64,000 bases of DNA. Origin: Candidatus Nomurabacteria bacterium. Lineage in GTDB: Bacteria; Patescibacteriota; Minisyncoccia; Phycocordibacterales; UBA9973. Shown here piece by piece: positions 9,311-19,205 of this stretch. Within the stretch, counting starts at the first letter, position 1, and each line of letters opens with the position of its first letter. The position numbers and the translations under genes were made by a program. Below the pieces are notes generated by a model. It worked only from the letters and a program-made list of their open reading frames with translations, searched no databases and was not told the DNA's origin. The stretch covers positions 68,221 through 132,220 of the forward strand of contig CALRAL010000002.1 in NCBI GenBank assembly GCA_943350875.1, in the 5' to 3' direction.

Positions 9311-9817
9311 TTATTTATTTCTTTCTATTGTTATGGCTAAACCTTTTGGACCTCTTTTGTATGAATCTGATATTTTATAATTCTCTGTGATAAAGTGAAG
9401 CACTCTGTCCAACCTCTCTCTTAAAAACTTTTCTTCCATATACTTTGCACGACCAGCGAGGAAGAGTTCTATTTTCACTCTATGTCCTTCTTTGAGCCAT
9501 TTTGAAACAGTTTTTGCTTTTAATTCCAGATCGTGTTCACTTGTACCTATCTTTATCTGGATTGATTTTGTCTCTGTGGTCTTGGCGCCAGCTTTCGCTT
9601 TTTTTAATTTTTTGCTGACTTCGTATTGGTATTTCCCAAAATCCATGATCTTCGCTACTGGGGGATTGGCGTTTGGCGATATCTCTATCAAGTCCAAATC
9701 TTTGCTTTGGGCTAGTTCCAAAGCATCTTTGATGCTTAAAACACCCAAATTCTGATTCTCGCTGTCTATGACCCGAAGTTCTTTTGCCCGTATTTGGTTG
9801 TTTATTCTTTCACGCAA
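9311..9817 (-). CDS. infC: Translation initiation factor IF-3, probable TTG start
   Basis: RINNQIRAKELRVID, DLIEISPNANPPVAKIMDFGKY; no ATG available; TTG at 9817 lies downstream of the promoter. Confidence 0.93.
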   Translation of the reverse strand: MRERINNQIRAKELRVIDSENQNLGVLSIKDALELAQSKDLDLIEISPNANPPVAKIMDFGKYQYEVSKKLKKAKAGAKTTETKSIQIKIGTSEHDLELKAKTVSKWLKEGHRVKIELFLAGRAKYMEEKFLRERLDRVLHFITENYKISDSYKRGPKGLAITIERNK

Positions 9818-9845
9818 TTGATATTTAAAAGCTTTAACCTGAATC

Positions 9846-9874
9846 AGTGTAGCGTATTTAGAGTCTAAAGTCAA
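9846..9874 (-). promoter_or_regulatory. Sigma70 promoter of infC-rpmI-rplT
   Basis: TTGACT-17 nt-TACACT on the minus strand. Confidence 0.7.
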
Positions 9875-9918
9875 ATTATATCAATAGTCCTTATATTTAA
9901 GGGTATTTTGCCAAATCC

Positions 9919-10066
9919 TTGACTTTTAAACCTCTTTGTGCTATACTGTATTGGTAAGTTAGTTCTTTGAAAAATCATAGTTTTTGAAGGTTAATAATAG
10001 GTTGCAATATGTTTCTGAGCGGATTTATTTCTTTTTGGATGCATATTCACAATCTATCTATTAACT
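9919..10066 (+). promoter_or_regulatory. Promoter plus boxA-like motif plus long hairpin leader
   Basis: TTGACT-17-TATACT (9919-9947); TTAGTTCTTTGAAAA (9959-9973); imperfect stem 9989-10066. Confidence 0.6.
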
Positions 10067-10084
10067 TAAAAAAATTTTAAAACT

Positions 10085-10507
10085 ATGAAAAATCTATCTT
10101 TATATCTTCAAAAAAATTGTGGGATTATATTAATCCTGCTTTCTGCAATGACTTTTGGTTTTTGGTCAATATTATGTACTGAAAGCTCAATAGTTGATCA
10201 AATCAGTGCTATATTTTATGGTGATGAGGGGAACAATACTTTATTGTCGTTCTTTCTTGTAGCGATGATGATAAGTGTTGGTTTGCTAACAATTTCACAT
10301 AAAATTTCTACTGTTCGTATAATTAGTGCAACTATCATTTATACTGCACTATATTTATTCGGAATTGTTGTCGGATATCGTTATGTAGCTATATCACACA
10401 AAGATATTTATTTAATGATTGCTATAAGTTCCTTATTCTTGGGTTTGTTTTTAGTTTGGGTATCTAAAAAAACTCAGGCTGACATTATACAATACCAAAA
10501 ATCATAG
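10085..10507 (+). CDS. Hypothetical 4-TM membrane protein
   Basis: 140-aa ORF with four hydrophobic segments, own promoter and terminator. Confidence 0.7.
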   Translation: MKNLSLYLQKNCGIILILLSAMTFGFWSILCTESSIVDQISAIFYGDEGNNTLLSFFLVAMMISVGLLTISHKISTVRIISATIIYTALYLFGIVVGYRYVAISHKDIYLMIAISSLFLGLFLVWVSKKTQADIIQYQKS

Positions 10508-10523
10508 CTCTCAAATGAGCTAC

Positions 10524-10562
10524 AAAAACCACATTTCTGAAATACGAGATGTGGTTTTTTTT
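10524..10562 (+). terminator. Intrinsic terminator
   Basis: AAAACCACATTTC...GAGATGTGGTTTTTTTT. Confidence 0.7.
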
Positions 10563-10635
10563 TATTTATACTACAAAACAATACGGTCGTCTTGTTTCAT
10601 AGTATACACAGGCAACGCCTGTGTATTTAATTTTG

Positions 10636-11033
10636 TGGAGATGCGGGGAATCGAACCCCGGTGCAGAAGGTTTTTACAAAGAAATCTACATACCTAGCGC
10701 ACTTTTTGGTTTAAATTGAAAAATTCTTAAGCGAGCCAAATATTTTTCAATCGATTCCTTTTGTTTCGAAAAAAAGTCAGGAAATTCTTTTCTCTATCCC
10801 GATTATATTATGCCTGCCCTCATATATCGGAAGTCTATGAGAGAGACACAAGCTTACGCTAAAGCGGAAACTTGAGCAAAAGCAAAGTCCTTCATACCGA
10901 AGTATGGAGAAGCGATTGCTTTTACTTTAGAAGCTAATTTTGCAATTAACATTTGAGCGAATTTTTATGAGATTACGCCCATGCTCAGTATGCATCAATG
11001 GTAAAAAGCCAACTGTCTATGCCTTGCATCCCC
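10636..11033 (-). ncRNA. ssrA: tmRNA
   Basis: 5' GGGGATG, 3' T-arm CGGGGTTCGATTCCCCG-CATCTCCA with a G.U pair in the acceptor stem; tag ORF 10943-10854 AKLASKVKAIASPYFGMKDFAFAQVSALA*; directly downstream of smpB. Confidence 0.95.
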
Positions 11034-11046
11034 ATGAATTTTATTT

Positions 11047-11490
11047 TCAACGATCTTTAAAATCTCTCCTTAGCTCTCTATCTGTCTCCCGTTTTTTAAT
11101 AGTCTCGCGTTTATCATGCTTTTTCTTGCCTTTTACGAGGGCTATATCTATCTTTATCTTCCTACCTTTATTATACACTGACATAGGCACAATCGTCAAG
11201 TTTGTTTTTTCATTTTTTGCTAATTCTCCTATTTCTTCTCTAGTTAACAATATTCTCCTATTGCGTAATGGGTCATAATTCTTCGGTGCATTTTTGGGTT
11301 GATATGGAGGAATGTTGGCATTTATTAAAAAGATTTCTCCTCCACGCACAACAATAAAGGCTCCTTCGAGTGACATCTGTCCATTACGAACTGATTTAAC
11401 TTCACTGCCAAGTAGCTCAATACCCGCTTCGTATTTTTCCAAAATTTCATAATCAAACCTCGCTTTTCTGTTTTCTACATAATTAGACAT
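11047..11490 (-). CDS. smpB: SsrA-binding protein
   Basis: NRKARFDY, EAGIELLGSEVKS, GKKKHDKRE. Confidence 0.97.
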   Translation of the reverse strand: MSNYVENRKARFDYEILEKYEAGIELLGSEVKSVRNGQMSLEGAFIVVRGGEIFLINANIPPYQPKNAPKNYDPLRNRRILLTREEIGELAKNEKTNLTIVPMSVYNKGRKIKIDIALVKGKKKHDKRETIKKRETDRELRRDFKDR

Positions 11491-11552
11491 ATTTAATCTT
11501 AACACAATTTCTTTGGCTTTTCTTTAGTATTTTTTTGTGCTATCTTTTAATT

Positions 11553-13463
11553 ATGGATATTAATTTTTTGAATAAAAAGACTGAACAGAACAAGGGTAAA
11601 AAAGGGAAAGAGCCAAAGTTTGGCAGAAGCCTTGCTTTGGCACTTTTTTTCTTTATGCTCATCACGGCATTTTATTTGGCGGTTTCTGATACATCAAAAA
11701 ATACTCCTGAGATTTCTATTTCTGATTTAGCAAAAAGTGTCTCGGCTGGAGAGGTCAAGAATATATTAGTAGAAGGAGAGAAACTCACTATCACATATAA
11801 GAATGATGAAATAAAAAGTACTAAAAAAGAAATTGAATCTTCTCTTTCACAAACACTTTTTAATTATGGAGTAAAACCAGATGCGCTTTCTAAGACAAAT
11901 GTGGAGATAAAAAATGAAAGTGGCTTTGGTTTTTGGTTGATGAATATGTTGCCATTTTTCTTGCCAGTTATTTTTATCGTGCTTTTCTTTTGGTATCTTT
12001 CTCGCCAAGTCAAAGGTGCAGGCATGCAAGCATTTTCTTTTGGTCAATCAAAGGCGCGTATCACAGATCCGAATGACAAAAACAACAAAGTGACTTTCAA
12101 AGATGTGGCTGGATGCAAAGAAGCGAAAGAAGAATTGAAAGAAATTGTAGATTTCTTAAAAAGTCCTAAAAAGTTCTTGGATATTGGAGCAAGGATTCCT
12201 AAAGGAGTCATTTTGACTGGTGCTCCGGGTACAGGGAAGACATTACTTGCCAGAGCTGTCGCAGGCGAATCCAGTGTACCGTTCTTTCATTTATCAGGAA
12301 GTGAGTTCGTAGAAATGTTTGTGGGCGTTGGAGCTTCACGAGTGCGTGATTTGTTTAAAATGGCCAAAAAAGCTGCCCCAGCCATCATATTCGTAGATGA
12401 AATAGATGCAATAGGACGAACTCGTGGGGGAGGATTTGGTGGGGGGAATGATGAAAGAGAGCAGACATTAAACCAGATATTGGTGGAAATGGATGGTTTT
12501 GAGCCAAATGACAAGGTGATAGTGATGGCGGCGACGAACAGGCCTGACGTTTTGGATCCAGCTCTTGTCCGCCCAGGACGTTTCGATAGAAAAGTCATTC
12601 TTGATTTACCAGATCGTGCAGACAGAGAAGCAATATTAAAAATCCATGCAGAGAAAAAGCCACTAGCTGAGGATATTAATCTAAAATTAATTGCCGAACG
12701 TACTCCTGGGTTCTCTGGTGCAGATCTGTATTCACTCATGAACGAAGGGGCAATCTTGGCAGCGAGAGAAAACAGAAAAAAAGTTTTCCAATTTGATTTG
12801 ATTCGCGCTATTGAAAAAGTAATGCTTGGACCGGAGCGTAAAAGTCATTTACTTTCTAAAAAAGAAAAAGAAATCACTGCGTATCATGAAGCTGGGCATG
12901 CTCTCGTGGCTTCGGTGTTACCTTATGCTGATCCAGTACATAAAGTCTCTATTATTGCTCGTGGCAATGCTGGGGGATACACACTCAAGCTCCCACTGGA
13001 AGAAAAACGTTTACAATATAAAAAAGAATTTATTGATGACATAGCGATGTCGCTTGGTGGATATGTGGCAGAGAAAATGATTTTCGGAGACATCACTACT
13101 GGGCCGTCGAGTGATCTCCAAGGGGCGACGAACCTCGCCCGGGCGATGATTACACGTTTTGGAATGTCAGATGTCATCGGTCCAGTAGCTCTCGCGCCGA
13201 ATGGGGGCCGGTCTTTGAATGGGGAAGTTTTTGAGCGAGATTATTCGGAAAGTGTTTCCACTAAGATAGATTCTGAAGTTTCAAAAATAATAGACAATGG
13301 CATAAAGTCAGCAGAGAAAGTGCTGACTGAACACAGGAAAGCACTCGATGCCATCGCAAACAAGCTTATAGAGGTAGAGACCCTAGAGCAAGAAGAATAT
13401 GAGAAAATCATAGTGGCACATGGTATAACTCCAAAGAAAAAGGACATAGAAAAGATTGGTTAA
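11553..13463 (+). CDS. ftsH: ATP-dependent zinc metalloprotease FtsH
   Basis: Two TM segments, [25 protein letters not shown]. Confidence 0.97.
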   Translation: MDINFLNKKTEQNKGKKGKEPKFGRSLALALFFFMLITAFYLAVSDTSKNTPEISISDLAKSVSAGEVKNILVEGEKLTITYKNDEIKSTKKEIESSLSQTLFNYGVKPDALSKTNVEIKNESGFGFWLMNMLPFFLPVIFIVLFFWYLSRQVKGAGMQAFSFGQSKARITDPNDKNNKVTFKDVAGCKEAKEELKEIVDFLKSPKKFLDIGARIPKGVILTGAPGTGKTLLARAVAGESSVPFFHLSGSEFVEMFVGVGASRVRDLFKMAKKAAPAIIFVDEIDAIGRTRGGGFGGGNDEREQTLNQILVEMDGFEPNDKVIVMAATNRPDVLDPALVRPGRFDRKVILDLPDRADREAILKIHAEKKPLAEDINLKLIAERTPGFSGADLYSLMNEGAILAARENRKKVFQFDLIRAIEKVMLGPERKSHLLSKKEKEITAYHEAGHALVASVLPYADPVHKVSIIARGNAGGYTLKLPLEEKRLQYKKEFIDDIAMSLGGYVAEKMIFGDITTGPSSDLQGATNLARAMITRFGMSDVIGPVALAPNGGRSLNGEVFERDYSESVSTKIDSEVSKIIDNGIKSAEKVLTEHRKALDAIANKLIEVETLEQEEYEKIIVAHGITPKKKDIEKIG

Positions 13464-13495
13464 TCCATGTTTTTTGTGTTATTCTAGCAAATATT

Positions 13496-13548
13496 CCACC
13501 CTTAGCTCAGTTTCCGCCAGAGGCGAACCAGCCTATGGCTGGGGTTAG
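13496..13548 (+). pseudogene. tRNA 5' fragment interrupted by a 30-nt palindromic element
   Basis: Removing 13513-13542 leaves CCACCCTTAGCTCAGTT-GGTTAG, an acceptor strand plus D-arm start; no matching 3' half is visible. Confidence 0.55.
13513..13542. repeat. 30-nt double-hairpin element (CCGCCnnnGGCGG family)
   Basis: TCCGCCAGAGGCGAA-CCAGCCTATGGCTGG; relatives at 23106 and 34759. Confidence 0.7.
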
Positions 13549-13559
13549 CTTTATTGTTT

Positions 13560-13805
13560 ATGTTTAGAATATATGTGTTAAAAAGTTTAAAAAATGGAAA
13601 GAGATATGTTGGTTATACGAGTAAAATGTCTGAAAAAAGACTAATCGAACACAATTCAGGATCTAATGCTTTTACAAGACAAAATAGGCCTTTTGTGCTA
13701 ATCTATACCGAGGAATATAGTACAAAAACTGAAGCAATAAAAAGAGAAATTTTTTTGAAATCGGGACAAGGAAGAAAATTTTTAGATAAAATTATCCGCG
13801 TGTAG
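13560..13805 (+). CDS. Stand-alone GIY-YIG nuclease
   Basis: IYVLKS..RYVGYT, RLIEHNSG, AIKREIFLKSGQGR; the stop codon lies inside the tRNA-Ile gene. Confidence 0.92.
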   Translation: MFRIYVLKSLKNGKRYVGYTSKMSEKRLIEHNSGSNAFTRQNRPFVLIYTEEYSTKTEAIKREIFLKSGQGRKFLDKIIRV

Positions 13806-13868
13806 CTCAGTTGGTAGAGCAATCCGCTTATACCGGATCGGTCCCACGTTCGAGTCGTGGCACGCGGA
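13796..13868 (+). tRNA. tRNA-Ile (anticodon TAT)
   Basis: CCGCGTG/CACGCGG acceptor, GCTC/GAGC D stem, ATCCG-CTTATAC-CGGAT anticodon arm, CCACG-TTCGAGT-CGTGG T arm, discriminator A. Confidence 0.93.
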
Positions 13869-13936
13869 CTTGACAGAAAAGTGCATTAGGTGTATACTAT
13901 GTATACATTTATAATTAATTGATATATAATAATTGT

Positions 13937-15082
13937 ATGAGTTTTCTAAATAATTACGAAAGTAAACAAAAGGGTGGTAAAACTAATCAAGCTCCTGAAG
14001 GTATGACTATGGCTGAGATTCTAGCCAATAAGTCAGATAGTATTAATTTTGGTTTGTATCTAAAAACAGAAAGAACGGATCCAGCTTTAACAGAAAGACT
14101 TATTTCTGGAACTTTAAAAGATGGTGATATTAATGAATTAGAAGGGTTAAGATCAGTTTTTGCTAAAAAGATTGAAAAAGCGAGAGAACTTTCAGACTAT
14201 ATAAATGAAGAAAATGTTGTTTCATTGGCTGGTAAATCTCCTGGGGTTCAGAAGATTTTAAACCTAATGGTTCCAGCAAAAGCGGTAACTGTATTTAAGA
14301 ATATGTTTGAAAAGATGTCTATTACAGATGGAGCTACTTTTAGTACTATATCAAGTGCTATTACAACGCTAGAAGATTACAAAAATGGTAAATTGAAAGA
14401 TGTAGAAGATGGTGTTCAGTGCTTGATAGAGAAATATAGAATTAAAGATGAAGAAGCTTTGACCGAAGCTTTGCAAATAAAGAATAAAGCTAGTAGGGAA
14501 GAAGCCTTAGCAAAGATTGTGAAAGATGGACACGGCAAGATCAGGAAACTTTTTGACTGGATGACCGATGGTAATAGTGGATTCTTCAGAGATCCTTCCT
14601 TAATAGCAAAGGTGTCTGAATTAAATAAGAAAAAAGGTCAGATTGAAAAGGCTATTTTAGAAGTTAATAAGAAAATGAAATCTGTCGGGGAGGTTTTGGC
14701 TAGTTCTGTAAATAACAATCCAGATCTGTTGAATGCTTTTTCAAAAGAATTGATTGGTAAAAAGGTAGATAAAGATGGTAACAATAGTGCTTTCAAAGAT
14801 TTATATTCTGTCCCAGAAACAGAAAAGACTGAAGAAGAAATAATAAAAGAGATGCAAGTTAGTTTGGATAAAAAAATAAAAGATATGGGTGCTACTTGGA
14901 CAGCTAAAACTAAAAAAGAAAAAGATGATTATGTGAATACAGCGTTCAAGAATGACTATAAAGATGATTCCAAAAAAGAATACAAGAAAAAAAGCGGTTT
15001 TTGGAGTTTCTTCTTTAGTATGTTATTTGATAGTTTCGATAAAAAAGTTGATAGTATTGATAAAACTAAATTCAAATATTAA
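13937..15082 (+). CDS. Hypothetical helical/coiled-coil protein
   Basis: Long Lys/Glu-rich ORF with a C-terminal FWSFFFSMLF patch; no recognised motif. Confidence 0.75.
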   Translation: MSFLNNYESKQKGGKTNQAPEGMTMAEILANKSDSINFGLYLKTERTDPALTERLISGTLKDGDINELEGLRSVFAKKIEKARELSDYINEENVVSLAGKSPGVQKILNLMVPAKAVTVFKNMFEKMSITDGATFSTISSAITTLEDYKNGKLKDVEDGVQCLIEKYRIKDEEALTEALQIKNKASREEALAKIVKDGHGKIRKLFDWMTDGNSGFFRDPSLIAKVSELNKKKGQIEKAILEVNKKMKSVGEVLASSVNNNPDLLNAFSKELIGKKVDKDGNNSAFKDLYSVPETEKTEEEIIKEMQVSLDKKIKDMGATWTAKTKKEKDDYVNTAFKNDYKDDSKKEYKKKSGFWSFFFSMLFDSFDKKVDSIDKTKFKY

Positions 15083-15099
15083 TATATAATACCTTTTAT

Positions 15100-15399
15100 A
15101 TGAATCAAACAATAAATAAAGAACTCTTAGAAAATTTATCTCTCATCTTAAAAGAGGGAGATATTGCAAAAACAAAGAATTTCTTAATTGAGAATTTCAA
15201 ATCTTTTCCTGAGTCAGTTCAGGACGAAATAACTATGGCATTTATGTCTGAAGCCATTATTGATGAGGCTAATAGGATAGATGCGGTGACAGAAATGCAA
15301 AAACAAGGCTTAGAAATGATGGCAAGTCTAGAAAAAATAAAATCTTCTTTAGAAGATGAACTCAAAGCTATAGACCTCACTCAAGGATTAAAGAAATAA
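15100..15399 (+). CDS. Hypothetical protein
   Basis: 99-aa ORF co-oriented with the upstream gene. Confidence 0.7.
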   Translation: MNQTINKELLENLSLILKEGDIAKTKNFLIENFKSFPESVQDEITMAFMSEAIIDEANRIDAVTEMQKQGLEMMASLEKIKSSLEDELKAIDLTQGLKK

Positions 15400-15573
15400 T
15401 TTTGTTTTCTATTTTTTCGCTTTAAACCACTCGAAAATACTGTTTGCAAGAGGTAAAAAAATCATAATTTTAAGGATAGTTTAGCCTATCCTTTTTTATG
15501 TTCATTTTTACGAGTTATCCACTTTACACCGGGGGACTGTTCTCCTGTATAATGATCTAACGATTAAAAAATT

Positions 15574-16110
15574 ATGAAAAATTGGCTAAAATTTGTCATC
15601 GGTTTTGGGTGTTGTCTTTTGCTCCGGCTTGTGCCTTTTCGTGCGCCAAATATCGAGCCAATATTAGCGACTCAGATGCCTTTCAGTAAAGTTTACGGAG
15701 CTATCTTCGGATTTATTTTTGGATTTTTCAGTATTATTATTTATGATTTAATAACAGTTCATTTTGGCTTATGGTCTTTAATAACCGGAATGATTTATGG
15801 GCTACTTGGAATAATAGCCACTTCTTATTTTAGAAAAAAAGAAAACCCCAGTAGATGGGATTATGCTTTGTTTGCGGTGTTTGGGACTTTACTCTATGAT
15901 GCACTGACTGGTCTCACTATCGGTCCGCTATTTTTCCACCAATCTTTCATAAATGCACTTACTGGACAAATACCATTCACCTTTCTCCATCTATTAGGTA
16001 ACGTTTCGTTCTCTGTGATTTTAAGCCCAGCAATTTATAATTTTATTTCAAGAAATAAAAAGTTAGAAGCAGAATCCATTATTAATATTTTTAGTCCTAA
16101 AACAATTTAA
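15574..16110 (+). CDS. ECF transporter S component, probably cobalamin-specific
   Basis: About 6 TM, PNIEP motif, HLLGNV; adjacent to class II RNR and PduO. Confidence 0.75.
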   Translation: MKNWLKFVIGFGCCLLLRLVPFRAPNIEPILATQMPFSKVYGAIFGFIFGFFSIIIYDLITVHFGLWSLITGMIYGLLGIIATSYFRKKENPSRWDYALFAVFGTLLYDALTGLTIGPLFFHQSFINALTGQIPFTFLHLLGNVSFSVILSPAIYNFISRNKKLEAESIINIFSPKTI

Positions 16111-16114
16111 CTCT

Positions 16115-18409
16115 ATGAAAAAGATAGAAAAAATTCCAAAAGCTGAATTATCAAAAATAAAATCAATCAGAAAAAGAAGTGGAGAAGTCATCCCTTTTGA
16201 TTTAGAAGTTGTGGTGAGGGCTGTTTCCAAAGCTTTTGAAGTTTCAGGGGAAGGTGGGGAAGATGAGTCTAGAATTGTGGCAAATAATGTTTTCAAAAGT
16301 CTTTTCAAATTACGTTCTGATTTATTGAAAGATAGAAAAGGTGTGCAGTTCTTGCCGACTGTCGAAGTGATGCAGGACTTGGTGGAGAAGGAATTAATGA
16401 ATGCTGGTTTTACTGATACTGCCAAGAAATATATTTTATATAGAAGCAAACGTTCCGAACTCAGAGCTACTTTTGGCCCTGTGCCAGAGGAAATAAAAAA
16501 AGCAGTGGAAGAATCCAGTAAATATTTCTACAGTCCATATTCAGAATATATTTTCTATCAATTTTATTCACGATGGGTACCAGAGTTAGGACGCAGAGAA
16601 ACTTGGATAGAAACCATAGACAGATATATGGCCTATATGAAGGAAAATATGGGTAATAAATTAACCGAGAAAGAGTACGAAGATGTAAGGCAAGCTATCA
16701 TAAATCAGGATATTTGCCCTTCTATGCGACTTTTATGGTCTTCGGGCAAGGCATGTCGTAATTCAAATGTCTGGGCTTATAATTGCTCATATATCGCTCC
16801 TACTTGTTTTCAAGATTTAGGGGAAATTATGTATATTTTGATGTGTGGAGCAGGACTAGGATTTGCCGTGGAGTGGGAAAATGTCCAACAATTTCCTCAG
16901 ATCAAAAAACAAGTAAAAGAAAAATCATCTATTCATCTCGTAGAAGACAGTAAAGAAGGCTGGGCTAATGCATTTGTTTTGGGACTCAAGACTTGGTTTG
17001 ATGGTAAGGATATGAAGTTCGATTATTCTATGATTCGTCCTGCAGGTGCGCGTCTTGAGACAGCTGGAGGTAGAGCTTCTGGACCACAACCGTTGATGGA
17101 TTTAATGGAATTTGCAAGAACAAAGATTTTATCTAAACAAGGTCGTCGTCTTTCAAATATGGATATGCATGATGTGATATGTCAGATAGGGATGATCGTG
17201 GTAGCAGGGGGAGTCAGACGTAGCGCCCTCATCTCTCTGTCTGAACTTGAAGATACAGAAATGCGTGATTCGAAGAAAGGACAATTCTATGTAAATGAGC
17301 CACAACGTTCGATGGCAAATAATTCTGCGGTTTATAGCGCCAAGCCTTCAGCCGAAGAATTCTTGGAAGAATGGACTGCCTTGGTAAAGTCTGGTTCTGG
17401 TGAACGTGGAATATTTAACAGAGGAGGATTAGAAAAACAATTGCCAGCTCGCAGATGGGAAGCTGTAAAAGATGAAAGGCAATTAGGGCTTAACCCTTGT
17501 GGAGAAATTTATCTACGTTCAAAACAATTTTGTAATTTGACGAGTATTGTTATCCGTCCAAAAGATACGATAGTCACCTTAAAAAGGAAAATGGAGTTAG
17601 CAACATTGCTCGGTACTTATCAATCCACTTTGACAAACTTTGGTTATTTATCAAAGAAATGGAAAGAGAATTGTGAAGAGGAGAGGTTGCTCGGAGTATC
17701 ACTCACTGGATATTATGACAATCCGATTATTCGTAATGACAAAGTGCTAGATATTTTGAGAACTGATGCTATTGAGACAAATAAAAAATATGCAAAGCGT
17801 TTTGGGATAAATGCTTCGACAGCTATCACTTGCGTAAAACCACATGGGAATTCCGGTCAACTTTTAGGGGTAGGTTCCGGTATGCACCCTTGGTTTGCCC
17901 CATATTTTATCCGCAGAGTTCGTATTTCTCATACTGATACTTTGCTTCAAATGGCTCGTGACCAAGGAGTACCTTGTTTGCCAGAAGTTGGACAATCTGC
18001 GGAATCTGCGACAACTTTCGTATTAGAATTCCCGGTCAAAGCACCAGAAGGGGCAATATTCAAAGATGAAGTTTCTGCCCTTGATTTGATGAAAGAATGG
18101 AAAAGACTCAAGGAACATTTTGTGGAGCATAATCCTTCGGCTACGATATATGTCGGTCCTGAAGAATGGCTCGCAGTAGGGAATTTTGTTTATGAGAATT
18201 GGGATGTAGTTGGAGGGCTTTCTTTCCTACCACGATCTGAGCATGTATATCAACTTGCTCCTTATGAAGCTATTACTAAAGAAGAATATGAAAAACGTTC
18301 CAAGGCTATTGGTAAAATAGATTTCTCTAAACTTTCTCATTATGAAGCTATCGACAATACGACTGGGGCAAAAGAATTCGCTTGTGTGTCTGGCGTTTGC
18401 GAAATATAA
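16115..18409 (+). CDS. nrdJ: Adenosylcobalamin-dependent (class II) ribonucleotide reductase with ATP cone
   Basis: N-terminal IRKRSGE ATP cone, RRETW, YNCSY, GGVRRSA, LNPCGEI, TCVKP, C-terminal CVSGVCEI. Confidence 0.93.
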   Translation: MKKIEKIPKAELSKIKSIRKRSGEVIPFDLEVVVRAVSKAFEVSGEGGEDESRIVANNVFKSLFKLRSDLLKDRKGVQFLPTVEVMQDLVEKELMNAGFTDTAKKYILYRSKRSELRATFGPVPEEIKKAVEESSKYFYSPYSEYIFYQFYSRWVPELGRRETWIETIDRYMAYMKENMGNKLTEKEYEDVRQAIINQDICPSMRLLWSSGKACRNSNVWAYNCSYIAPTCFQDLGEIMYILMCGAGLGFAVEWENVQQFPQIKKQVKEKSSIHLVEDSKEGWANAFVLGLKTWFDGKDMKFDYSMIRPAGARLETAGGRASGPQPLMDLMEFARTKILSKQGRRLSNMDMHDVICQIGMIVVAGGVRRSALISLSELEDTEMRDSKKGQFYVNEPQRSMANNSAVYSAKPSAEEFLEEWTALVKSGSGERGIFNRGGLEKQLPARRWEAVKDERQLGLNPCGEIYLRSKQFCNLTSIVIRPKDTIVTLKRKMELATLLGTYQSTLTNFGYLSKKWKENCEEERLLGVSLTGYYDNPIIRNDKVLDILRTDAIETNKKYAKRFGINASTAITCVKPHGNSGQLLGVGSGMHPWFAPYFIRRVRISHTDTLLQMARDQGVPCLPEVGQSAESATTFVLEFPVKAPEGAIFKDEVSALDLMKEWKRLKEHFVEHNPSATIYVGPEEWLAVGNFVYENWDVVGGLSFLPRSEHVYQLAPYEAITKEEYEKRSKAIGKIDFSKLSHYEAIDNTTGAKEFACVSGVCEI

Positions 18410-18418
18410 TTATAAATT

Positions 18419-18976
18419 ATGTTATATACAAGGAAAGGTGATGGTGGTACAACTAAAACCTTTGGGTGCGATCAGAGAGTTTCAAAGAGCTCTAATATCG
18501 CTGAAGCCTTGGGTTCTCTTGATGAGATCAATTCTTTTCTTGGTTTGCTAAAAGTCAAATCTGGAAATATGTCTTTAGACTTGCCTTCGGGAACAGTTTT
18601 GTTTTCCGCAAATATTGATCGAATTCAACAAGATCTGTTTATAGTTCAGGCCGAACTTGCCGGTGCAGATAAAAAAATCTCTCCAGAAAAAGTTGTCTGG
18701 CTTGAAGGAATAATCGATGGTATAGAAAAGATGCTTCCACCTATTAAAACTTTCTTTGTTTCCGGGGGCACAGAACTTGCGACTTTGTCTGACATTGCGC
18801 GTACCATTTGTCGTCGAGCTGAGAGGCGAGTGGTGGGAGTGACAGAAGAAGGTAAAATAACAATTAGTAAAGAAACTTTGGCTTATTTGAATCGTCTTTC
18901 CAGTGTTTTATATGCTTTTGCTCGTATTTTTAACCATATGGGAGGAATCAAAGAAGAAGCTCCAAAATATGATTAA
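18419..18976 (+). CDS. pduO: PduO-type cob(I)alamin adenosyltransferase
   Basis: LYTRKGDGGTT, GSLDEINSFLG, RTICRRAER, YLNRLS. Confidence 0.93.
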   Translation: MLYTRKGDGGTTKTFGCDQRVSKSSNIAEALGSLDEINSFLGLLKVKSGNMSLDLPSGTVLFSANIDRIQQDLFIVQAELAGADKKISPEKVVWLEGIIDGIEKMLPPIKTFFVSGGTELATLSDIARTICRRAERRVVGVTEEGKITISKETLAYLNRLSSVLYAFARIFNHMGGIKEEAPKYD

Positions 18977-18977
18977 G

Positions 18978-19014
18978 TTATCCACATTGAGATTTTGTAA
19001 TGTAGATGTATGAT
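18978..19014 (+). promoter_or_regulatory. DnaA-box nonamer abutting a sigma70 promoter
   Basis: TTATCCACA then TTGAGA-16-TATGAT. Confidence 0.5.
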
Positions 19015-19037
19015 GTAGAAGTGTTTAACAAATAAAT

Positions 19038-19130
19038 AGGTTCATATTGGGGAAGTGAGGTGAAAGTCCTCCACAGTGCCGCTACGGTAAGTCCGATTTT
19101 GATTGGACAAGTCCGAATACCAATATGATA
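19038..19130 (+). ncRNA. Cobalamin riboswitch
   Basis: GGGAAGTGAGGTGAAAGTCCTCCACAGTGCCGCTACGGTAA core and AAGTCCGAATACC B12-box; TCATATTGG/CCAATATGA closing stem; upstream of DUF4430-like genes. Confidence 0.85.
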
Positions 19131-19178
19131 TGTAGTCCCGAGCAGGAATTTAAATACTTAACGTATTTTTAGCCAAAT

Positions 19179-19201
19179 GACTCCTCGGAAGGAGTTTTTT
19201 T
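19179..19201 (+). terminator. Riboswitch expression-platform terminator
   Basis: GACTCCT-CGGA-AGGAGTT followed by T tract just before the ATG. Confidence 0.7.
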
Positions 19202-19205
19202 ATTT

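Noticed and set aside
10085-10640. Integrated element at the tmRNA 3' end
   Set aside because: No integrase and no duplicated tmRNA end found
10515-11278. Plus-strand ORFs 10515-10697 and 10940-11278
   Set aside because: Overlap a terminator and lie antisense to tmRNA and smpB
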